Below are positions 46,299-57,014 of a stretch of DNA of 64,000 nucleotides, piece by piece (position 1 is the first letter of the stretch; each line of letters opens with the position of its first letter). The stretch spans positions 273,909-337,908 of the forward strand of contig CAVXRL010000004.1 of the NCBI GenBank assembly GCA_963764225.1, read 5' to 3'. This DNA is from an uncultured Actinomycetes bacterium (GTDB lineage: Bacteria; Actinomycetota; Thermoleophilia; UBA2241). The notes beneath the pieces are model-generated. The model worked only from the letters and a program-made list of their open reading frames with translations. It searched no databases and was not told where the DNA came from. Position numbers and translations under genes: made by a program.

Positions 46299-47601
46299 AT
46301 GAGCGGAAGGACACGCTGGGTGCTACCTCTGGCAGACACGACGATCCCCCCGGGAGCGCTGATCGCGCTCATCGTCGTCGGCGTCGCCGAGCTCGCGCTC
46401 GTGGTCTTCTGCCTTGTCGACCTGGTCCGGCGGCCGGCCGTGCTGGGAGGCCGCAAGTGGGTCTGGGCGCTCCTCATCGTGGTGTTCGCCATCCCCGGGT
46501 CGATCATCTACCTGGCGGTGGGTCGCGTGCCGGCTCCGCACGAGCAGGCGGACGAGAACGGAGCCGCCGCGCGGCCGCGGGCGGACGCGGCGGCGACGGC
46601 GCTCTTCTCCGCGGGCGGTGTCGAGGGTCCCGTCAGCCCGCCGGGAGGCGCCGCTGTGCACGCCGCTCCCGCAGGCCCGCCGGCGATCGTCATCTCGGGC
46701 CTCACCAAGGAGTACAAGCAGGCCAAAGCTCTCGACGGCGTCGACCTCGTCGTGCCGGAGGGCTCCGTGTTCGGCTTCCTCGGCCCCAACGGCGCCGGGA
46801 AGACCACGACCCTGCGCATCCTCGCGGGGCTGGCGCGCCCGACCGCAGGCGAGGCGCGCATCTTCGGCCACGACACGACCACCGAAGCCGACGCCGTGCA
46901 CGCGCTCATCGGGTTCCTGCCCGACGTGCCCGGCTTCTACAAGTGGATGACGGCCCGTGAGTACCTGGAGCTCTCAGCGGGCCTGTTCGGCATGCCCGCC
47001 GCCGAGCGCGGCGAGCGCATCGCGACGCTGCTGGACCTCGCCGGGCTCGGCGGCGTGACCACCAAGGTCGGCGGTTACTCGCGCGGCATGAAGCAGCGCC
47101 TGGGCGTGGCCCAGGCGCTCATCAACTCGCCGCGCCTCCTGCTGCTGGACGAGCCGACGAGCGCGCTCGACCCCATCGGGCGCCGCGAGGTCCTGGAGAT
47201 GATCGCGGCGCTCGCCGGCCGCACCACCGTCTTCTTCTCGACCCACATCCTCGCCGACGTCGAGCGCGTCTGCGACACGGTGGCCGTGCTCGCCGGACGG
47301 CCGCGTGATCGAGCAGGCCGGCATCGACGAGCTGCGCGCGCGCCACGGCGGCGCTCAGCGGGTCGTCATCGAGACGTCGGACCCGCAGCTTCTCGAGACC
47401 GCGCTCGCGTCCGAGTCGTGGGCGGGCGCGGTTCGGCGAGACGGCCGCGAGCTCGTCGTCGAGGTCACCGACCTCGAGGAGGCCTACCTCGCGGTGCCCG
47501 CACTGGTCGCCCGCCTCGGGCTCCCGCTCCGCCGGTTCGAGGCCGACGAGGTCTCGCTCGAGGACGTCTTCGTCGACCTCGTGCAGGGAGCGTCGTCGTG
47601 A
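46299..47601 (+). CDS. ABC transporter ATP-binding protein with N-terminal PLDc_N-like membrane hairpin, +1 frameshift near 47297
   Basis: KWVWALLIV..IPGSIIYL, GPNGAGKTT, YSRGMKQRL, LDEPT, STHIL. Continues in the shifted frame GRVIEQ...SLEDVFVDLV. Confidence 0.82.
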
Positions 47602-48428
47602 ATACCCGACGGAGTGAAGGTATCGAGCGGGGCGCCGAAGGGGCACCGCTCCGCGCCCTCAACCTCCGCGGCTTCGGCGCCTTCACTCGCAAGGAGTTCC
47701 TCGAGACGCGCAAGACGTGGCGCCTCTGGGTGGTTCCCGGCGTGCTCGTGTTCCTCGGGCTCACCACGCCGATCATGGCAGCCGTCACGCCGGCCATCCT
47801 CAGGATGACGGCCGAGCGGCAGCCCGGCGTCGTCATCCGCTTCCCCACGCCCACGTCCATCGACTCCTACACCCAGTTCATGGGCAATCTCCTCCAGCTC
47901 GCGCTGCTCGTGGTGATCATCACGGGAGCGGCCGCCGTGGCCGGCGAGCGCCGCGGAGGCACCGCCGTCCTCGTGCTCACCAAGCCGCTCTCGCGCACCT
48001 CGTTCGTGTGGTCCAAGGCGGTCGCCAACCTCGTGGTGCTGGTGGCCGCCACCGCTCTCGGCACGGCGCTCTGCGTCGGCGTCACGCTCGCGCTCTTCGA
48101 CAGCTCGCACATCGTCGCCTTGATCGAGTCGGTGGCCGTCTGGCTGGCGCTGGCGGGGATGTTCGTGTGTCTCATGATCTGGCTGTCGGCCGCTCTGGAC
48201 CGGCAGGCGGCCGCGGCCGGCGCCGGGATCGCCGTGTACGTCGCCCTCTTCACGCTCACCGGATTCCCCGCGCTGCGGGACCGGACGCCGGCCGGCATCT
48301 TCACCGCGAGCGAGGCGCTGCTCAAAGGCAAGGACCTCCCGCTGGCGCAGCCCGTCGTGGTCACGCTCGTCCTCGCCGTGGTGTTCCTGCTCCTCGCCGC
48401 CTGGTCGTTCCGGCGCAAGGAGCTGTAG
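47598..48428 (+). CDS. ABC-2 type transporter permease
   Basis: RKEFLE, GERRGGT..LVLTKPLSR, ends FRRKEL. The GTG start overlaps the upstream TGA. Confidence 0.85.
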   Translation: MNTRRSEGIERGAEGAPLRALNLRGFGAFTRKEFLETRKTWRLWVVPGVLVFLGLTTPIMAAVTPAILRMTAERQPGVVIRFPTPTSIDSYTQFMGNLLQLALLVVIITGAAAVAGERRGGTAVLVLTKPLSRTSFVWSKAVANLVVLVAATALGTALCVGVTLALFDSSHIVALIESVAVWLALAGMFVCLMIWLSAALDRQAAAAGAGIAVYVALFTLTGFPALRDRTPAGIFTASEALLKGKDLPLAQPVVVTLVLAVVFLLLAAWSFRRKEL

Positions 48429-48466
48429 GGGCGGCGCTTCGAGCACGAGCGCGGGCGCCGAGGCGC

Positions 48467-50879
48467 TCACGGACGCCCGTGCTGACCGCACCTCCAATCC
48501 CCCGTCGCCGAGCGCGACGGCGACGTCGCCGCGCTGGTCGGTGCGCACCACGGGGACGCCGGCCTCGGCGAGCAGGTCCAGCGTGTCCGGGTCGGGGTGC
48601 CCGTAGCCGTTCTCGCCGACAGGGATGACGGCCAGCCGGGGCGCAAGCCCGGCGAGCAGGCTCGGCGTCGAACCCCCCGTCGCTGCCGTGGTGAGGCGCC
48701 GCGACCACCACGCAGGGAGCCAGGCCCAGATCCTCCAGCACCCGCCCCTCGGCGTCGCCGGGCAGGAGCAGGCGCTGCCCCCCGAGCGCGGCGACGACGA
48801 CGAGAGCGTCGTCGTTCTCCTTCTGGTTGTCGTCGACGCCGCCCACGGGCGTGCTCGGCAGCACCTGTACCGCCCAGGAGCCAGCCACCGAGGCGGAGCG
48901 GCGCCGTGCAGCGACGGACGTCCGTCCCCTGCGCGAGCAGCCTGCCCTCGATCTCGTCGAGCGCGAGGGCGCTGCTGCTCGAGCCGTCCTCCGGGTCGGG
49001 CAGCAGCGCCGCCTTCACGGGGATCTCGCCGATCACGTCGGCCAGCCCGGCGACGTGGTCGTCGTGCCCGTGGGAGAGCACGAGCAGGTCGATCTCCTTC
49101 ACCGCGTGCTGCCTGAGCTTCACGCCGAGCGGCCCCGGGCCGGCGTCGACGAGCACGGTCGGCCCGCCCGGCACCTGCAGGAGGGTGGCCGCGCCCTCGC
49201 CCACGTCCAGGAACGTGAGCGTCGGCTTGTCGGGCGGCCGCACGGGCGCCGGCGCGAGCAGCAGCGGCGGCCGCCAGCACCGCCGCCGTCGCGGCGATCA
49301 GCGGCGGGCGGCGGCGGCGGTCCCGCACGTAAGCCACGGGACCGCCGCCGGCCCGCAGCGCAAGCACGCACACGGCGACGAGCTCGGCGCCCAGGCCGGC
49401 CAGGAGGAGCAGCCGCAGCGTGACGCCCTGGTACGTGTACACGGCTCCCGGCAGACCGGCGAAGAACCGCGCCACCTCCAGGAGGAAGCCGATGAACAGC
49501 CCGGCCAGCAGATTGAGCGGCCGCGACACCCACTCGCTCACGAACCCGGCCAGCAGCGACAGCATGCCGAGGAACATGATCGGCCCCAGGACGAACCCGC
49601 CCACGGCGTTTGCCGGCACGCTGACCAGTGAGGCCGACCCGAACGTGAGCACCGAAACGGGCGCCGTCGCGATGCTGGCCGCGGTCGTCACTCCCACCTG
49701 CTCCGCCAGCGGCCCGGGGAGAAACGAGAGCGCCCGCGTCAGCGGGCGCGCCAGCAGCAGCAGCCCGGCCACGGCCGCGAACGAGAGCTGGAAGCTCACG
49801 TCGAAGAGGTTGTTGGGGTTGACGGTGAGCAGCCAGGCGGCCGGCGCCAGCCACAGCAGCCACCCGTCGCTGGGCCGCGATGCCAGCACCGCGAGCAGGC
49901 CCAGGATGCCGGCCACTCCGGCGCGCACGATGGACGGCGACGCCCCGGTGAGCAGCACGTAGGTGGCCACCACCGGCAGCAGCAGCACGGTGCGCGCGAG
50001 CCTGTGGATGCCCAGGAGCGCGAACGCGAAAGACCACATGGCGCACAGCAGCACCACGTTCTCGCCCGAGACGGCCATGATGTGGAGCAGGCCGCTGGCC
50101 CGGAACGTGTCGATGGTCTCCTGCCCCACGCCCTCGTCGTCGCCGAGGACCATGCCCTGCAGCACCTCGGCCACGGGCGAGCGCACGCCGGCGAGCAGGT
50201 GCGCTCGCGACGCCTGCCGCAGCCGGTCCACCAGCCCCTGCAGCCCGCCGCGGCGGCCGGTGATGGTGAGGTCCGCGAAGTCCGCCTCGAGCAGCACGTG
50301 CTCCCCGCGGCGCCGCAGGTACCGGCCGTAGTCGAAGGCTCCCGGCCTGGGCTCGGGCAGGGGCTCGACGCTCACCGAGCGCAACCGCACCAGGGCGCCC
50401 TCGGTGAGCGGCCCCGTGGGGTCGTACCCGAGGGTCTGGCCCTCCTCCAGCCGCAGTCGCAGGTGAGCGGGCTCGCGGACGGACACGCCGTCGGCGCCGG
50501 TCACCCGGACGGCCAGCGTGACCAGGCCGTCCTTCTCCGCCGGCAGGTCGGTGAGGACGGCCGTGAGCGGCACGTGGTGGCCGGCGTACGCGGTGAGGGA
50601 GGAGCGCCCGACGGCGTCCAGCCGGGCGCCTCCGAGCGAAAGGCCGGCGACGACGAAGACGACCGCCAGCGCGCCGGTGACCGAGCAGCGAGCGCTGCCC
50701 GGCGACGGCAGCGACGTGCTCGAGCGGCGCCGGCGACCACACGACCAGCGCCAGTGCCACCGCGGCCGGCAGAGGCGACCGCCACCAGCCGCGACCACCG
50801 GCGGCCGCCACGCGAGCGCGAGGCAGAGGCCGGCGCAGTAGGCGGCCACGGCCACGTGAGGAGCAGCCGGCAGCCGCAT
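48467..50879 (-). CDS. comEC: DNA uptake channel ComEC/Rec2, broken by about six apparent single-base insertions
   Basis: GLLHIMAVSGEN, SPSIVRA, SFQLSFAA, FLDVGEG, LSHGHDDH, PHHGS and NGYGHP are distributed across three frames. The 3' end is uncertain. Confidence 0.82.
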
Positions 50880-50889
50880 CGCGGGCTCC

Positions 50890-51567
50890 TCAGACCGTTA
50901 TGGAGGCCTGCATGGCCGCGAACTTGGCGTCCCCGATGCCGGGGACCTCCTTGATCTCCTCGATGGACTTGAAGCCGCCGTTGGCGGTGCGGTAGTCGAT
51001 GATCTTCTGCGCCGTGGAGGGGCCGACGCCGTCCAGAGCGTCCAGTTCCTCCAGCGACGCCGTGTTGATGTTGATCAGCGGCGCCGGCGCGGAGCCACCC
51101 GTGCCGGCCCCCAGCCCGCCCGAGGTCTCGCCGCCGGCGGCCGGCGCCGCCGCGAGTGCGCCGGCCGCGCCCTTCTCGGGCACCACGATCTGCTGGCCGT
51201 CCGCCACCGGCGCCGCCAGGTTGACGGCGGCCAGCTCCGCCCGCGCCGTCGGGCCGCCGGCGACCTCGAGCGCGTCCGTCACTCGCGCCCCGGCAGGCAG
51301 CCTCACGACGCCCGGAGAGCGCACGGCTCCGCAGACGTAGACCACCACGTCCGGGCTCGGCGTGGTGGCGGGCTGCTGCGCCGCTCCCCCGGCCGCGCCT
51401 CCCTGCGCACCGGGCGCCGCCGATGCAGCCGCCAGCGGCGCCAGCACCACAGGCTGCGAGCCCTGCGGCCCCGCCTGCGTGGGCAGCACCAGGTACCGCA
51501 CGCCCAGGGCGATGACCACCACGGCCACAGCGGCGTAGGCGAGGATCTGGCGACGAGAGAGCTGCAC
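50890..51567 (-). CDS. comEA: Competence protein ComEA (SLBB + helix-hairpin-helix)
   Basis: [52 protein letters not shown]. Confidence 0.92.
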   Translation of the reverse strand: MQLSRRQILAYAAVAVVVIALGVRYLVLPTQAGPQGSQPVVLAPLAAASAAPGAQGGAAGGAAQQPATTPSPDVVVYVCGAVRSPGVVRLPAGARVTDALEVAGGPTARAELAAVNLAAPVADGQQIVVPEKGAAGALAAAPAAGGETSGGLGAGTGGSAPAPLININTASLEELDALDGVGPSTAQKIIDYRTANGGFKSIEEIKEVPGIGDAKFAAMQASITV

Positions 51568-51776
51568 GGCCCACCTCCGGCGCCGCCTCGGCCTGGGGGA
51601 GTGACGGGCGCCGGGGGCGCGTCCGGCGCCCGTCACGCAGCAGGCTACGCCGGGTGCGGCGCCCCCGCATCGCCCCTCAGGGGGGATCTCACGGGGTGAC
51701 GGCTGCTGCGACAGTCTCCGGCTGCGGCCGCGATAAGCTGTGCATCGCGACCGGCAAGTGACGACGAGGAGACAGC

Positions 51777-52202
51777 ATGTCCAGCAAAGGGATGTTCACG
51801 GAGGAGGAGTGGCGCGTCCTGCAGTGGGCGGTCACCGACACGATGACCTATCTCTCCATGGCGGACCACGGCTTCTGGGACACGTTCAAGGAGGCCAGCG
51901 CGGCGGCCAGGTTCATGGCGCACGCCAAGGCGGACACCCAGAGCCCGCTCATCCACGACCTGGCCGGCGACGTCAAGATGGGTCGCGACAAGCAGGTCGC
52001 CCACGACGCGACCGACATGGCCGGCGAGGTCTCGAAGCGGGTGCGCGAGGCCAGGGCGCTGATCCAGCAGAAGTCCCCGGACGACGTCGAGGCGTTCAAG
52101 GCGTTCATCATCGGCGTGGCCGAGGCGACGGCCGAGGCCGCGCACGGGGTGGACGCGCACGAGGAGGCGGCCATCGAGACCCTGCGGGCCGCCCTCGCCT
52201 GA
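51777..52202 (+). CDS. Hypothetical helical protein
   Basis: GAGGAG RBS. FTEEEW...VAEATAEAA...EEAAI. Confidence 0.7.
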   Translation: MSSKGMFTEEEWRVLQWAVTDTMTYLSMADHGFWDTFKEASAAARFMAHAKADTQSPLIHDLAGDVKMGRDKQVAHDATDMAGEVSKRVREARALIQQKSPDDVEAFKAFIIGVAEATAEAAHGVDAHEEAAIETLRAALA

Positions 52203-52254
52203 CGGCCGCGCCTCGCCGGGCAGCGGCCGCGATCGGGCTCCGTGCCCCCGGCTG

Positions 52255-54732
52255 TTACTTCACGACGAAGTTGACGAGCTTGCCGGGCACGTAGATCTCC
52301 TTGACGACCTGCTTGCCCTCCAGGAAGCGCGCGGCGTTCTCCGCCGCGCGCGCCTGCGCCAGCACGTCGTCCTTCTCCGCGTCCACCGGCACCTGCAGGC
52401 GTTCGCGCAGCTTGCCGTTGACCTGCACGACGACGGTCACGACCTCGTCGGCGGCGAGCTCTTCGTCCCATGAGGGCCACGGCGCGTCGAGCACGTTCTC
52501 GCCCCGGCCGAGCAGCTCCCAGACCTCCGAGGCGATGTGCGGCGCCATGGGGCTCAGCAGCAGCGTCATGTCCTCGAGCACCTCGCGCCACTGCGCGAGC
52601 GACAGCGCCCCGCGGGCGTTGCCCCACACGTCCAGCACCTCGTTCTGCAGTTCCATCAGGGCGGAGACGGCCGTATTGAAGCGAAAACCTTCGATGTCGC
52701 GGCCGACCTTGCGGATGGTCTTGTGGAGCGTGCGCAGCACGTGGCGGCCCAGTTCGGCCTCGGCCTCATCGGCCGCCGCCCCGCTCCCCTGCGCCTCCAC
52801 GACCTCCCCGGCGAGGTTCCAGAAGCGCCCGAGGAACCGGTACGTGCCCTGCACGCCGCGGTCGCTCCAGGCCACACTCTGCTCGAACGGGGCGATGAAC
52901 AGCTCGTACACGCGCAGGGCGTCGGCGCCGTACTTCTCGACCACGCTGTCCGGCGTGATGACGTTGCCCTTGCTCTTGCTCATCTTCTGGCCGTCCTCGG
53001 CCTGGATCATGCCCTGGTTGCGGAGCCGATAGTAGGGCTCGCCGAAGCTGACGTAGCCGGCGTCCTGGGCCACCTTGCAGAAGAAGCGCGCGTAGAGCAG
53101 GTGCATCACCGCGTGCTCGGCGCCGCCCACGTACAGGTCGACCGGCAGCCAGTACTCGACCTTCTCGCGGTCGAACGGAGCGGTCTCGTCGTGAGGAGAC
53201 GCGAAGCGGAAGTGGTACCAGCTGGAGCAGGCGAACGTGTCCATGGTGTCGGTCTCGCGCCGCGCGGGGCCGCCGCACCGGGGGCACCTGGTGGTGACCC
53301 ACTCGGCGGCGCGCGCCAGCGGCGAGCGGCCGTCATCGGTCGGATGGAAGTCGTCGAGGTCGGGCAGGAGTACCGGCAGCTCGTCCTTGGGCACCGGCAC
53401 CACACCGCAGTTCTCACAGTGCACCATCGGGATGGGCGCGCCCCAGTACCGCTGGCGGCTGATGAGCCAGTCGCGCAGCTTGTAGTTGACCTTCTTGCGC
53501 GCCGCGCCCCGCTCGCCGAGCCAGGCGACGATCTGCTCGAAGGCGTCGCCCGGCGCCGCCATGCCGTCGAACCGGCCGGAGTTCACCAGCACGCCGTCGC
53601 CGGTGTACGCCTCCGCGAGCCGGCCCTGGGGGCCGGACTCCGGCGCGATCACCTCCACGATCGGGAGAGCGAACTCCGTCGCGAACTGGAAGTCGCGCTC
53701 GTCGTGCGCAGGCACCGCCATGATGGCGCCGGTGCCGTAGCCCATGAGCACGTAGTCGCTGATCCAGATGGGCACCGGCGCCTCGTTGACGGGGTTGACG
53801 GCGTATGCGCCGGTGAACACCCCGGTCTTCTCCTTCTCGGTGCTCAGGCGCTCGATCTCGCTCTGCCGCCGAGCCTCGTCCTGGTACTCCTTGACCGCCG
53901 CCTTCTGCCCCGGCGCCGTGAGCTCGTCGACGAGCGGGTGCTCGGGCGCCAGCACCATGTAGGTGGCGCCGAAGAGCGTGTCGGGCCGCGTCGTGAACAC
54001 GGTGAGCTTCTCGTCGCGGCCCTGGATACCGAAGTCGACCTCGGCCCCCTCGCTGCGCCCGATCCAGTTGGCCTGCATGGTCTTGATCTGCTCGGGCCAG
54101 TCCACCGTCGCGAGGTCGTCCAGCAGACGCTGCGCGTACTCGGTGATCTTGAAGTACCACTGCTCGAGGTCCTTCTTGGTCACGTCGCTGCCGCAGCGCC
54201 AGCACTTGCCGTCGTGCACCTGCTCGTTGGCGAGGATGGTCTTGTCGACCGGGCACCACCACTGCTGTCCCGTGCCCCGGTACGCCAGCCCGCGCTCGTA
54301 GAGCAGCAGGAAGAACCACTGGGTCCAGCGATAGTAGTCGGGGAAGCAGCTGGTGATCTCCCGGGACCAGTCGAACGACAAGGCGATCATGTCCATCTGC
54401 CGGTGATAATTGGCGATGTTGCGCTCGGTGGTCACCCGCGGGTGGACGCCCATCTTGATGGCGTAGTTCTCGGCGGGCAGGCCGAAGGCGTCCCAGCCCA
54501 TGGGGTGCAGCACGTTGAACCCCTGCATGCGCCTGAACCGTGAGACCGCGTCGGTGGGCACGTAGTTGCGGCAGTGGCCGACGCTGAGCCCGTCGCCGGA
54601 GGGGTACGGGAAGAAGTCGAGGGCGTAGAACTTGGGCTTGTCGCTCTCGTCGGGCGTGCGGTAGGCGTCGCGCTCCTTCCAGAGGCGCTGCCACTTCTCC
54701 TCGATGGCGTGCGGGTCGTAGCGTCGGTCCAC
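52255..54732 (-). CDS. leuS: Leucine--tRNA ligase
   Basis: FPYPSG, GWDAFGLPAEN, FTTRPDT, GTGAIMAVPAHD, SRQRYWG, KMSKS. Confidence 0.97.
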   Translation of the reverse strand: MDRRYDPHAIEEKWQRLWKERDAYRTPDESDKPKFYALDFFPYPSGDGLSVGHCRNYVPTDAVSRFRRMQGFNVLHPMGWDAFGLPAENYAIKMGVHPRVTTERNIANYHRQMDMIALSFDWSREITSCFPDYYRWTQWFFLLLYERGLAYRGTGQQWWCPVDKTILANEQVHDGKCWRCGSDVTKKDLEQWYFKITEYAQRLLDDLATVDWPEQIKTMQANWIGRSEGAEVDFGIQGRDEKLTVFTTRPDTLFGATYMVLAPEHPLVDELTAPGQKAAVKEYQDEARRQSEIERLSTEKEKTGVFTGAYAVNPVNEAPVPIWISDYVLMGYGTGAIMAVPAHDERDFQFATEFALPIVEVIAPESGPQGRLAEAYTGDGVLVNSGRFDGMAAPGDAFEQIVAWLGERGAARKKVNYKLRDWLISRQRYWGAPIPMVHCENCGVVPVPKDELPVLLPDLDDFHPTDDGRSPLARAAEWVTTRCPRCGGPARRETDTMDTFACSSWYHFRFASPHDETAPFDREKVEYWLPVDLYVGGAEHAVMHLLYARFFCKVAQDAGYVSFGEPYYRLRNQGMIQAEDGQKMSKSKGNVITPDSVVEKYGADALRVYELFIAPFEQSVAWSDRGVQGTYRFLGRFWNLAGEVVEAQGSGAAADEAEAELGRHVLRTLHKTIRKVGRDIEGFRFNTAVSALMELQNEVLDVWGNARGALSLAQWREVLEDMTLLLSPMAPHIASEVWELLGRGENVLDAPWPSWDEELAADEVVTVVVQVNGKLRERLQVPVDAEKDDVLAQARAAENAARFLEGKQVVKEIYVPGKLVNFVVK

Positions 54733-54811
54733 TTCAGTCCTCTCTGCGGTTCTGGCGCGGGAGACCGATTCTACCTCAGGCGTGTGTGAGCCTGTGCGGG
54801 CGGCAGGCGCC

Positions 54812-56332
54812 TCACGGCGCGAACGGCAGGTAGGTGACGACGGTGCGGCCGCCGGGCACGTAGCTCACCGTCGTCACCGCGAGCAGGCGCCGCGGCGCGT
54901 CGCGCGTGAAGTCGATGAGCTGGAAGGTGTAGACGTCGCGAGAGAGGGCCGGAGGTTCTTCCCCGCCGGCCCCGGCCGGAGTGGCGGACGCGGCGCCGAT
55001 CGCCTCGTACCCCGAGGCGCCGGCCGTGCCCGCGTCCACCTGCACCACCCCGTCGTCGGCGGTCACGCCGGCGACGTGATCGTTGCCGTAGGCGACCACG
55101 AGGGATGCGCCTTGATCCTTGGCGGAGGCGATGGTGTCCGCCGCCTGACGCACGTCGTGCACCAGGAGCACCTGCGGGTGCGGCAGGTCCACCCGCCACA
55201 GGCCGTCGAGCCGCACGGCGTCGGCGGCGAGCGCCTGGGCGTCGGACGATATCTGGGGCGTCGACGCCGCCGGGTCGGACGCCCCCAGCACGCTCACGCC
55301 GTCCACGATCGCCAACCTCCCGTGCAGTTCACGGTAGCCGGCGCGGCGGAACACCCGCATCGCCGGCGCATCCTCGTGATTGCCGCCCACCAGGAGCACC
55401 GGCGCGGGCGGCCGGCCGAACGCGCGCAGGAACAGCTGCGCCTCCTCGGCGGAGCCTCTGTCGGTCAGGTCGCCGGCGAACAGGATGCCGTCGACGGGCC
55501 GGCCGCCGCCGGCCGCCAGGCGGGCGGCGGCGCGGGCGCCGAACACGTTGTCGTGGATGTCGCTCGCGAGCAGCAGCCGCACCACGTCGCTGCGCGGCGG
55601 CCCTCCGGGCGACGTGTCCAGCTGGGTGGCCACGGCCTCGAGGCCGGCGAGGAAGTCCTGCAGGCGGCCCAGGCGATCCGTCTGGTCGCCGCCGCTGCTC
55701 AGGGCGCGCAGCAGCGGGAGCACCGCCGGCACGCGCGACGCGAGCCCGGCGTACTGCACCGAGGGCGAGCGGTCCAGCGTCGCGTAGCTCGCGAACGCGA
55801 GGGCGCCGCCGAGCAGCAGCGCGGCGGCGGCGCCACCGGCCAGGCCCCAGAAGCGCCGCCGCCGCGACGGGTGGCGGACGACGAGCAGCCCGGCCGCAGC
55901 GCCGGCGAGCAGCAGCCAGGGGATGCGGCCCAGCAGGTACCTGGCGAATGCCGCCCGGGCGCCGCCCTCCAGCCTGGGCAGCTGCGCCGGCTCCTCCCCG
56001 AACAGAGCCGCCGTCTGCTCCGGCAAACGGTAGTCCATGATCACGTCAACCGGCGTGCGATGGGTGTGCAGGGAGAGCTGGCCGGCGGGGCCGAGCGGCA
56101 TGATCAGATCGCCGCCGGGCCATGCCGGCCGGAGCTGGAAGGTAACGGAGCCGGCGGAGACCCGGTAGCTCACCGCCGCCTGCAGCTGCACCACGCTGAA
56201 GGCCACGACCAGCACGAGCGCTACCCGCAGCAGCAGGCCCGCGGCGCTGCGCAAACGGGCATGTGCCGGCCTCGCTCCACCCTCCCGGCCCTTTCCGGGG
56301 TCTCCCGTCGTCGCTCTGGTCGAATCGGACAT
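54812..56332 (-). CDS. Membrane-anchored metallophosphoesterase
   Basis: SDIH, AGDLTDRG and GNHE calcineurin-like motifs after TM segments. Confidence 0.78.
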   Translation of the reverse strand: MSDSTRATTGDPGKGREGGARPAHARLRSAAGLLLRVALVLVVAFSVVQLQAAVSYRVSAGSVTFQLRPAWPGGDLIMPLGPAGQLSLHTHRTPVDVIMDYRLPEQTAALFGEEPAQLPRLEGGARAAFARYLLGRIPWLLLAGAAAGLLVVRHPSRRRRFWGLAGGAAAALLLGGALAFASYATLDRSPSVQYAGLASRVPAVLPLLRALSSGGDQTDRLGRLQDFLAGLEAVATQLDTSPGGPPRSDVVRLLLASDIHDNVFGARAAARLAAGGGRPVDGILFAGDLTDRGSAEEAQLFLRAFGRPPAPVLLVGGNHEDAPAMRVFRRAGYRELHGRLAIVDGVSVLGASDPAASTPQISSDAQALAADAVRLDGLWRVDLPHPQVLLVHDVRQAADTIASAKDQGASLVVAYGNDHVAGVTADDGVVQVDAGTAGASGYEAIGAASATPAGAGGEEPPALSRDVYTFQLIDFTRDAPRRLLAVTTVSYVPGGRTVVTYLPFAP

Positions 56333-56386
56333 CGCACCCCGCGCCGTCCGCCTGGTCGCGGCGCTCCCAGGCGCTTCGTTGTCAGG

Positions 56387-56414
56387 TTGCCGGCGAAGCC
56401 GGGTATGCTATACT
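56387..56414 (+). promoter_or_regulatory. Promoter of tRNA-Ala
   Basis: TTGCCG, 16 nt, TATACT with a TG extension. Confidence 0.6.
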
Positions 56415-56449
56415 TCCGAGCCTGCCGGCACGGTCGGCACCCCTTCGGT

Positions 56450-56525
56450 GGGGGTATAGCTCAGCTGGGAGAGCGTCTGGCTGGCAGCCAGAAGGTCAGC
56501 GGTTCGAGCCCGCTTACCTCCACCA
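56450..56525 (+). tRNA. tRNA-Ala(GGC)
   Basis: 76 nt, G3:U70 pair, anticodon arm TCTGG-CTGGCAG-CCAGA, GGTTCGAG, encoded CCA. Confidence 0.97.
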
Positions 56526-56693
56526 ATCTTCCTCTTCTCGTGTCCCCACGCAAGCGAGCCTGCACACGCGCCGGTCCGCCCCAGCTGCCGCGGACTGCAG
56601 GCCGTTTGAGGTCGCCCAGCCGGGGAACGGTCGCGTGTAGCGGGCCGAAGCAGAGTGAGCGCCCGCCACCCCCTCCGAGCTGAGGTGAGAGCC

Positions 56694-56867
56694 ATGTGTC
56701 ACGAGTACTACGAGCGGCTCCAGCGCCTCGAAGACCAGCGCCGGCGCGAGTCCCTCGAGCAGAGCAGGCCGCGGACCGAGAAGGACCTCGAGCAGGTCCG
56801 CTCCGAGCAGACCGGGCGGAAGGCCCCGGAAGAGCCCTCCCGCATCAGGGAGAAGGTCCCGGCCTGA
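56694..56867 (+). CDS. Small charged hypothetical protein (57 aa)
   Basis: GAGGTG RBS, MCHEYYER...REKVPA, followed by a strong hairpin. Confidence 0.55.
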   Translation: MCHEYYERLQRLEDQRRRESLEQSRPRTEKDLEQVRSEQTGRKAPEEPSRIREKVPA

Positions 56868-56879
56868 GAAGGAAGACCG

Positions 56880-56912
56880 CGGAGGCCCGGCGGCGACGCC
56901 GCCGGGCCTCCG
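56880..56912 (+). terminator. Terminator-like hairpin
   Basis: CGGAGGCCCGGCGGC / GCCGCCGGGCCTCCG inverted repeat. Confidence 0.65.
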
Positions 56913-57014
56913 TCGCTTCTCCCCCGTCCCCCCGGGGCGGATCTCCGGCTGTCAGACGCCGCCGGTGACGCCGGCTTGCTGCGGCACGAGGCTCAGGTTC
57001 TGTAGACTCAAGCC

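Noticed and set aside
46299-48428. 709-aa ABC ATPase-permease fusion
   Set aside because: The linker is out-of-frame junk. The ATPase C-terminus is in ORF 47305-47601 and the permease has a coupled GTG start.
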